A stretch of 64,000 nt of DNA. It comes from Actinobacteria bacterium 69-20 (GTDB lineage: Bacteria; Actinomycetota; Actinomycetes; Mycobacteriales; Nakamurellaceae). Shown here in pieces: positions 57,940 through 64,000 of the stretch. The position numbers and the translations under genes were made by a program. Location of the stretch: positions 158,218 through 222,217 of the forward strand of contig MKSW01000036.1 in the NCBI GenBank assembly GCA_001897425.1, read 5' to 3'. A model generated the notes under the pieces. That model ran no database searches. It was not told the origin of the DNA and saw only the letters and a list, made by a program, of their open reading frames with translations. Positions within the stretch are counted from its first letter, which is position 1; every line of letters starts with the position of its first letter.

Positions 57940-58587
57940 TCACTGGGTCGGTTGCCTATTCCACAGGTCCGTCACGGTTACGCCCAGTTCGCCCAAGAGC
58001 CGCCGGACCAACGGCAGCGCGAGGCCCACCACGCACGACGGGTCCCCGTCGATGCGGTCGACGAACCAGCCGCCGAGCCCGTCGATGGTGAAGGCGCCGG
58101 CGACCTCCAGCGGCTCGCCCGAGTCTATGTACGCCGCAAGCTCTTTCGCGCTCGGATGCCCCATGGTGACGGTCGCGCTGGCCGTCCCGGTGGCACTTCC
58201 GACGGTCTTCCCGCCGCGCACCCGCAGCACCGCATGGCCGGTGATCAACTCGCCGGTGCGCCCGATCTGGCCTGTCCAGCGCCGCAGTGTCTCCTCGCGT
58301 GTGTGCGGCTTGCCCTGCAGTTCGCCGTCGATCAGCAGCATCGAATCTCCGCCGATCACCACCGCGTCGTGAAGCGCGGGGTGGTCCCGCTGATCGCGCA
58401 CCACCGCCTCCGCCTTCGCCGATGCCAACGCGATCATGATGTCGCTATGAGACGCGTCGGCATGGGCCACGCGCACGGCGTCCTCGTCGACGCTTGGGAC
58501 GAGGACCACGGGCTCGACGCCGGCGTTGCGCAGCACGGCCAGCCGCCCGGGCGACGCCGACGCGAGCACCACCACGGGGGCACTCAT
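57940..58587 (-). CDS. maf: Maf-family nucleotide pyrophosphatase
   Basis: [29 protein letters not shown] and SCVVGL. Confidence 0.92.
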   Translation of the reverse strand: MSAPVVVLASASPGRLAVLRNAGVEPVVLVPSVDEDAVRVAHADASHSDIMIALASAKAEAVVRDQRDHPALHDAVVIGGDSMLLIDGELQGKPHTREETLRRWTGQIGRTGELITGHAVLRVRGGKTVGSATGTASATVTMGHPSAKELAAYIDSGEPLEVAGAFTIDGLGGWFVDRIDGDPSCVVGLALPLVRRLLGELGVTVTDLWNRQPTQ

Positions 58588-58883
58588 CGCGGCAATCCCG
58601 AAGCCCACCAGGTATGTGGCCCGGGACGCGGTCCGGCACCGGAATGTGCCAACCGGGCGCCATCGGACCAGACAGTGCGCGGCGCGGACGACGTCATACT
58701 CGATGCCGAACGCGATGCCGCAACGAGCGCGATCACCGCGACCACGGCGGCGGCGTCCTCATCGTCGCGACGGGCACCGCCCGCTCCGCCCTCGCTCGCT
58801 GTGACATTTGTTCGCTCGGGCTGCGCTCCCCGGCGCCCTGCGACTTCGTCGCGACGGGCACCGCCCGCTCCGCCCTCGCTCAC
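58584..58883 (-). CDS. accE: Acyl-CoA carboxylase epsilon subunit with a repeat-derived N-terminus
   Basis: Lies between accD5 and maf, with a GTGA overlap. [11 protein letters not shown]...W...[13 protein letters not shown] resembles AccE. Missed as a separate gene by the ORF track. Confidence 0.8.
   Translation of the reverse strand: MSEGGAGGARRDEVAGRRGAQPERTNVTASEGGAGGARRDDEDAAAVVAVIALVAASRSASSMTSSAPRTVWSDGARLAHSGAGPRPGPHTWWASGLPR
58762..58881. repeat. Perfect 36-bp direct repeat x2 with a 48-bp spacer (period 84 bp)
   Basis: TCGTCGCGACGGGCACCGCCCGCTCCGCCCTCGCTC at 58762-58797 and 58846-58881. Confidence 0.9.
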
Positions 58884-60517
58884 AGTGGGATGTTTCCGTG
58901 CTTCTTGGGCGGCAGGGTTTCGCGCTTGTCGATGAGCGCGCGCAGGGCCCTGGTCACGGCGAGGCGGGTCTGCGACGGCCGGATCACCTCGTCGACATAG
59001 CCACGGTCCGCCGCGACATAGGGGTTCGCCAAGGTGTCCTCGTAGTCGGTCTGCAGGCGGGCGCGCATCGCGTCGACGTCCTCGCCGGCTTCGTCGGCCG
59101 CGCGAAGTTCCTTGCGGTACAAGATGTTCACCGCGCCGGCCGCGCCGACCACGGCGATCTGCGCGGTCGGCCAGGCCAGGTTCACGTCCGCGCCGAGGTG
59201 CTTCGAGCCCATCACGTCGTAGGCGCCGCCGTACGCCTTGCGGGTGATCACGGTCACTAGCGGGACGGTCGCCTCGGCGTAGGCGAAGATCAGCTTCGCA
59301 CCGCGGCGGATGATCCCGTTCCACTCCTGATCGGTGCCCGGCAGGAACCCCGGCACGTCGACGAAGGTGACGACGGGGATGTTGAAGGCGTCGCAAGTGC
59401 GGACGAATCGGGCTGCCTTCTCCGAGGCGTCGATGTCCAGGGTTCCGGCCAGGTGGCGCGGTTGGTTCGCGACGATGCCGACGCTTCGGCCCTCGATGCG
59501 GCCGAATCCGACGACGATGTTCGGTGCGAAAAGCTCGTGCACCTGGAGGAACTCGCCGTCGTCCAGTACGGCGGTGATCGCCGTGACCATGTCGTACGGC
59601 TGGTTCGGCGAGTCGGGGATCAGCGCGTCGAGCGCCAGGTCCGTGTCGGTGATCTCCAGGTCCGAGTCCCAGGGCAACACCGGGGGTGCCGTCAGGTTGT
59701 TCGGCGGGAGGTAGGAGAGCAGGGCGCGGACGTAGTCGATCGCGTCCTCTTCGCCGTCCGCCAGGTAGTGGGCGTTGCCGGAGCGGGTGTTGTGCGTGCG
59801 CGCGCCGCCGAGGTCCTCGAGCGAGACGTCCTCTCCGGTCACGGTTTTCACCACGTCCGGCCCGGTGATGAACATCTGCGAGGTGCCGTCGACCATGACG
59901 ACGAAGTCGGTGAGGGCGGGGGAGTAGACGTGGCCGCCCGCGGCCGCGCCCATGATGAGCGAGATCTGTGGGACGACGCCGGACAGGTGCACGTTGCGGC
60001 GGAAGATCTCCGCGTACAGCCCGAGTGAGACGACGCCCTCCTGGATGCGCGCTCCGCCACCCTCGTTGATGCCCACGATGGGCCGGCCCGACTTCGCCGC
60101 GAAATCCAGTACCTTGACGATCTTCTCGCCGTACACCTGGCCGAGGGCGCCGCCGAACACTGTGACGTCCTGCGAGAAGACCGCAACCTCGCGTCCGTCA
60201 ACGGTGCCGAACCCGGTGACCACACCGTCGCCGTACGGCCGGTTCTTCTCCATCCCGAACGCCGTGGAACGATGCCGCGAGAAGGCGTCGAACTCGATGA
60301 ACGAGCCGGGATCCAGCAGTAGGTCGAGCCGCTCGCGGGCCGTGAGCTTCCCACGCGCGTGCTGCCGCTCCACTGCTCGCGCCGATCCCGCCGCGCGGTG
60401 CTCGGTGATGCGCCGGTTCAGATCCGCGATCTTGCCCGCCGTCGTGTGCGGCGCGGCGGCGCTGCCGTCCAGTGCTGCTGCGGAGTCAGCGCCCTCGTCC
60501 GGCATGGCAGATGACAT
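58880..60517 (-). CDS. accD5: Acyl-CoA (propionyl-CoA) carboxylase carboxyltransferase subunit
   Basis: [47 protein letters not shown] and [14 protein letters not shown] at 60524-60529 supports ATG 60517. Confidence 0.95.
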   Translation of the reverse strand: MSSAMPDEGADSAAALDGSAAAPHTTAGKIADLNRRITEHRAAGSARAVERQHARGKLTARERLDLLLDPGSFIEFDAFSRHRSTAFGMEKNRPYGDGVVTGFGTVDGREVAVFSQDVTVFGGALGQVYGEKIVKVLDFAAKSGRPIVGINEGGGARIQEGVVSLGLYAEIFRRNVHLSGVVPQISLIMGAAAGGHVYSPALTDFVVMVDGTSQMFITGPDVVKTVTGEDVSLEDLGGARTHNTRSGNAHYLADGEEDAIDYVRALLSYLPPNNLTAPPVLPWDSDLEITDTDLALDALIPDSPNQPYDMVTAITAVLDDGEFLQVHELFAPNIVVGFGRIEGRSVGIVANQPRHLAGTLDIDASEKAARFVRTCDAFNIPVVTFVDVPGFLPGTDQEWNGIIRRGAKLIFAYAEATVPLVTVITRKAYGGAYDVMGSKHLGADVNLAWPTAQIAVVGAAGAVNILYRKELRAADEAGEDVDAMRARLQTDYEDTLANPYVAADRGYVDEVIRPSQTRLAVTRALRALIDKRETLPPKKHGNIPL

Positions 60518-60559
60518 GGCCAAAGACTATCCCGGCCGCGATCGACCGATTCGGCGCCG

Positions 60560-62599
60560 TCAGAACGGCGGCGGATCGCTCCTGCGGGCGCAGTAGCCAC
60601 CGGTGCCACCACCTGTGCCGCCGCCGACTGCGCCGAGGCAGACGGAGCCGTGGTCGGTTGGGTTGTCGTCGGCGAGCAGGTGGCCAGGCTCTGTCGGGTA
60701 CACGTGTCCCGTCGGGGCGGTCCAGACGAGGGTGCCGTCTGCCCCGGGCACTGCGCGCCACGGCGTGAACGTCTTGATCAGATGATGGAATCGACAGAGC
60801 GCATCGAGATTGTGCGCGCAGGTGACTCCGCCCGCGTCGAACGGCGTGCGATGGTCGATGTCGCAGCGCTCGGCGCGTGTGCGGCAGCCAGGGAAGCAGC
60901 AGACACGGTCCCGCGCCACGATGTGGCCGACGATGCGTTCGGGCGGCCGATAGACCAGCCGGCCGGCATCGAAAACCGTGCCGCAGTAACGGGTCCGGAC
61001 CGGGTGGCCGTCGCCGGGTGGGTGTGCCTCGGCGGGAGTGGTGACGATAGCGCGGATGGCGGCGGCGGATGTCGCGAGTGATCGGGCGAACTCCGCACTG
61101 ATCACCCCATGCCCGGCGAGTTCGGCAGGATCGTCGTCCAGTCCAGCCAGGGTCGAGGCGGAGATGTACACGTTGACGCAGATCGGAAGCCGGCGCTTGT
61201 CGGCAGCCGCCGGCGAAGGACGCAATCGGGCCGCTGCATTGGTTGGATCTGCGGTGCCTGATGCACTCACCTGATCGCCCGCACCTGCCTGGTTGTCGGC
61301 GCCGTTTCGCTCGCTCTGGTCCGATTGTTGGCCGTCGCTGCCGCTGCCGGTGCGATCGTCGGTGCGATCGTCAGTTACGCCGTTGATCCTGTCCGTTGCC
61401 CGGTTGCTGCTGCCGGCGGCGGCACCATGGGTGGCTCCGTCGATGACGTATCGGCCAGCGGCGGCGAGGTCCTCGAAAAGCGCGAGGAACGCGTCGGCGC
61501 GAAGCTGGCCATGGCCTCGGCCAGCGGCGAGGCCCGCGACCTTGACGGCGGTGGCGATGCGGTCGAGCACGGAGTAGGCCATCTGGGCGCCGGGAGCGGG
61601 AACGCTCGCGCAGAACCGGGCCATGCCGTCGACATCCGGGTCGACGCGAACCCCGCGACCGCTTCGCGCGCGCTGCTCCCGCCGGGCAGCGGCGTCCGGA
61701 TCCACGCGGACGACTTCGCGATCCACGAGCGCGCGCAGTCGGCTCGGCGTGCGGCGTGCGGCTGTGGGAAGGATCCGTTGTTCGACCAGGCGACGGTGTT
61801 CACCGTCCAGCACCGTCATCCGCTCGGCGATGATCGAGGCCCGATAGCCGTCGATCTCGCCTGATTGCTGCGCGGCGAGCGTGGCCGGGAACGTGTCGAC
61901 CATGGCCACGGCGCGTTCGGTGCGATTCCGCGCGCTGATCGGCGACAAATTCAGCGCGCACCCGATCTCGGCGGACGCCACCTTGACGGCCGCGTCGCGC
62001 AGTGCGGCATTCCACTTCGGGTCTCGCATCAGAGCCGCGATGGGAGCGTCCGGTGCCGGTTCGGCCAGCCCGAGCGGAGATGCGGTGAGATCGAGCAGAT
62101 CTTCGACGGCCATGACGACGCCCGGCCGCGCAAGCGCGGCGATGTACCGCTGCTGGATCGCCTCGGCCCAGCTGATGAGCCGTCCGGCCGCGACGATGCC
62201 GTTCAACAGCCCGGCCGCGTCCAGTTCAGCCGGGCCGACACGCACCGCACCGTCACCCGGCGCGAGCCCCGCGGTACGCACGGCGTCCGGGCAGGCTCTC
62301 TGGAGCACCTCAGCCATCGCCCCGCCGGGCCGCGCCGCCGCGGCAGCCGCGATGGTCTCCCGCAGACCGTCGATCGCGGCCCGCAACACCCACGCCGGCG
62401 GTGGCGGCTCGTCATCGAAAGCAGCGCCATCGGAAAGAGCGCCGATGGAAGCCGCCTCATTGGGTGCGACCGCATCGGATCCAGCGCAGCCCGGGACACC
62501 GTCATGGGCGGTACCGATGACCTCCCGCCCGCCCCTCGGCTCGCTGGCCCCGGGGTGCGCGACATCGCCGGTAGTGCCGCCTGTGCGACCGACCGTCAT
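60560..62599 (-). CDS. DUF222 / HNH endonuclease (13E12-repeat family) protein
   Basis: DUF222-like helical core and C-terminal RDRVCCFPGC...CDIDH...NLDALCRFHHLIKT. Confidence 0.9.
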   Translation of the reverse strand: MTVGRTGGTTGDVAHPGASEPRGGREVIGTAHDGVPGCAGSDAVAPNEAASIGALSDGAAFDDEPPPPAWVLRAAIDGLRETIAAAAAARPGGAMAEVLQRACPDAVRTAGLAPGDGAVRVGPAELDAAGLLNGIVAAGRLISWAEAIQQRYIAALARPGVVMAVEDLLDLTASPLGLAEPAPDAPIAALMRDPKWNAALRDAAVKVASAEIGCALNLSPISARNRTERAVAMVDTFPATLAAQQSGEIDGYRASIIAERMTVLDGEHRRLVEQRILPTAARRTPSRLRALVDREVVRVDPDAAARREQRARSGRGVRVDPDVDGMARFCASVPAPGAQMAYSVLDRIATAVKVAGLAAGRGHGQLRADAFLALFEDLAAAGRYVIDGATHGAAAGSSNRATDRINGVTDDRTDDRTGSGSDGQQSDQSERNGADNQAGAGDQVSASGTADPTNAAARLRPSPAAADKRRLPICVNVYISASTLAGLDDDPAELAGHGVISAEFARSLATSAAAIRAIVTTPAEAHPPGDGHPVRTRYCGTVFDAGRLVYRPPERIVGHIVARDRVCCFPGCRTRAERCDIDHRTPFDAGGVTCAHNLDALCRFHHLIKTFTPWRAVPGADGTLVWTAPTGHVYPTEPGHLLADDNPTDHGSVCLGAVGGGTGGGTGGYCARRSDPPPF

Positions 62600-62628
62600 G
62601 ACTCACCCCCTGCGTTCCAGCAACTAAT

Positions 62629-62690
62629 CCGTACGTATGTTCTCAATCGTCGACGTTACCCGAGCGCACTGCGTTCGTCAATATGTTCGA
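62629..62690. promoter_or_regulatory. Two imperfect LexA/SOS-box-like sites upstream of the DUF222-HNH gene
   Basis: CCGTAC-GTAT-GTTCTC (62629-62644) and TCGTCA-ATAT-GTTCGA (62675-62690), compared with the consensus TCGAAC-N4-GTTCGA. Confidence 0.5.
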
Positions 62691-62696
62691 AAAACA

Positions 62697-62718
62697 TGTG
62701 GACAACTCCTGTGGACAA
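62697..62718 (-). promoter_or_regulatory. Two tandem perfect actinobacterial DnaA boxes (TTGTCCACA)
   Basis: TGTGGACAA at 62697-62705 and 62710-62718, with a 4-bp spacer. Confidence 0.65.
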
Positions 62719-62853
62719 CCCAGTAAGAGGTGCGCTATGTCGAACCAGGCGAGCGTCCCTGCCGCTGCTCACCACGCTGTCGGGCCGTGCTGGCAAGCTG
62801 ATGGGCGACAGGGTTATGAAGCATCGGTTCGGGACCGGGAAGGCACGGCGGCG

Positions 62854-63888
62854 ATGACGGCAGGGGTGACGGACGCAGCACAGGCGGCCGGGATCTTGGC
62901 GCACGCTCGCGAGTCGATCAACCCCGCCATGCGCGCGGCAGTGGCCCGTCTCGACGAGCGCAATCGGCGCATCGCCGAGTACCACCTCGGGTACGCCGAC
63001 GCGAACGGCACGCCGACCGCGAGCAACGGCGGAAAGGCGGTGCGCGGCGCGCTGGCGTTGCTGTCCGCGCGATCGGTCGGGGCGTCCGGCGTCGCGATCC
63101 CCGCGGCGGTCGCCGTCGAGCTGGTGCACCACTACTCGCTGCTGCACGACGACATCATCGATGAGGACGCCACTCGACGGCATCGACCCGCGGCCTGGAC
63201 CGTCTTCGGCGCGCCGGCGGCGATCCTGGCCGGGGATGCCATGGCGGCGCTCGCTACCACGGTTGCTTTGGAGGGCACTCCGTCGTCGCAGGCCGCGGCG
63301 GTCGGCGGGTCGATCGCCGCCGCGACGATGCGCATGCTGGCAGGTCAGGCCGCCGATGTGGCCTTCGAGAGGGCGGATGCGGTCGACCTCGAAGCGTGCC
63401 GGCAGATGGTCGCGGACAAGACCGGGGCCCTGCTCGAATGCGCCGCGTCGGTCGGCGCGCTCGCCGCAGGAGCGCCGGACGAGATGACCGCGGCGCTCGC
63501 ACGGTTCGGCGGGCATATCGGCATGGCCTTCCAACTGGTGGACGACATCATCGGTATCTGGGGATCTGCCGACCACACTGGGAAACCGGTGGCGTCCGAC
63601 CTCGCCTCCCGGAAGAAGTCGCTGCCCGTCGTCGCGGCGCTCGCCGCCGGTGGGCCGCATGCCGATCGGTTGGCCGAGATCTACTCGTATGACGGAGTTC
63701 TCGACCGCGCGGCGGTCGAAACGGCCGCACGGGCCGTCGAGGCAACGGGGGCCAGGTCCTGGGCCCAAGCCGAAGCGGACCGCGAAACCGACGCTGCCCT
63801 CGCGGTTCTCGGCAGCCTGCCCATCGATGACAGAGTTCGCGACGAATTCCGCGTGCTGACGGCCATGCTCTGCCGGCGGGACCGGTAG
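62854..63888 (+). CDS. Polyprenyl diphosphate synthase (IdsB/GGPP synthase-like)
   Basis: GGKAVR, SLLHDDIIDED-x-RR, KTGAL, FQLVDD, GKP..SDL and KKSLP. Alternative start ATG 62737 with an AGAGG RBS. Confidence 0.92.
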   Translation: MTAGVTDAAQAAGILAHARESINPAMRAAVARLDERNRRIAEYHLGYADANGTPTASNGGKAVRGALALLSARSVGASGVAIPAAVAVELVHHYSLLHDDIIDEDATRRHRPAAWTVFGAPAAILAGDAMAALATTVALEGTPSSQAAAVGGSIAAATMRMLAGQAADVAFERADAVDLEACRQMVADKTGALLECAASVGALAAGAPDEMTAALARFGGHIGMAFQLVDDIIGIWGSADHTGKPVASDLASRKKSLPVVAALAAGGPHADRLAEIYSYDGVLDRAAVETAARAVEATGARSWAQAEADRETDAALAVLGSLPIDDRVRDEFRVLTAMLCRRDR

Positions 63889-63926
63889 AGCGGACGCGAC
63901 CGGGAAATGACGGGCTGGGCTCGCAG

Positions 63927-64000
63927 ATGACGGACTGGGCCGCAGCAGGGGGGGCGACCTGGATCGTCACGCACGTCGACGAAACCGGCTCGACCAACGC
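63927..64000 (+). CDS. birA: 5' end of biotin-protein ligase (runs off the right edge)
   Basis: The frame MTDWAAAGGATWIVTHVDETGSTNA contains the BirA TGSTN motif, and birA is the expected neighbour of accD5. Confidence 0.75.
   Translation, partial: MTDWAAAGGATWIVTHVDETGSTN

Noticed and set aside
55731-58091. 786-aa + strand ORF and similar long shadows (e.g. 28222-30258 -, 43616-45856 +, 19844-21796 -, 35389-37101 -)
   Set aside because: They overlap well-supported genes on the other strand or frame and are Arg/Ala/Gly/Pro-rich without family motifs.
58762-58881. 36-bp repeat / 48-bp spacer / 36-bp repeat as a mini CRISPR array
   Set aside because: Only two copies, in frame inside accE, with no leader and no cas genes in the window.
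62854-63888. Prenyl synthase as family 2 encapsulin cargo or part of a hopanoid/carotenoid cluster
   Set aside because: No encapsulin, terpene cyclase or phytoene/squalene synthase is adjacent. The next gene is birA.
63907-63945. Near-duplicate ATGACGG(G/A)CTGGGC at the birA start
   Set aside because: A short imperfect duplication with the first ATG out of frame, and no evidence of function.

Overview
This is a 64-kb chromosomal segment of a high-GC actinobacterium (about 70% GC by eye; genus not determined). Its backbone is the conserved actinobacterial locus, inverted relative to M. tuberculosis Rv3309c-Rv3279c: upp, phosphosugar mutase, punA, ..., gamma-glutamylcyclotransferase, lpdA, glpK/glpD, ..., accA3, maf, accE, accD5, birA (cut by the right edge). 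About 39 kb of extra, mostly metabolic, genes lie between punA and the cyclotransferase. They are an FMN reductase plus ferritin-like/VIT1 transporter, a Ser/Thr kinase cluster, a CBS-rubredoxin fusion, pdhABC, acnA, a form I aerobic CO dehydrogenase cluster (coxMSL-xdhC/YHS-coxD-coxE with a displaced cutR), a peptide ABC transporter with an inverted ATPase gene, PPDK with its regulator, hicAB, mutAB-meaB and a glutamate-cysteine ligase-family gene. Smaller oddities are a 115-bp nested palindrome, a degenerate nucleotidyltransferase followed by a possible truncated partner, a 14-bp tandem array, a 36-bp duplication in the accE N-terminus, and a DUF222/HNH gene with SOS-like and tandem DnaA boxes upstream. 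I saw no rRNA, tRNA, CRISPR array or transposase. All family assignments come from motif recognition and recall, not from database searches. I found no single unmistakable new system; the best leads are the CBS-rubredoxin/PDH module, the rearranged CO-oxidation/aconitase block, and the LexA+DnaA-flagged HNH gene.
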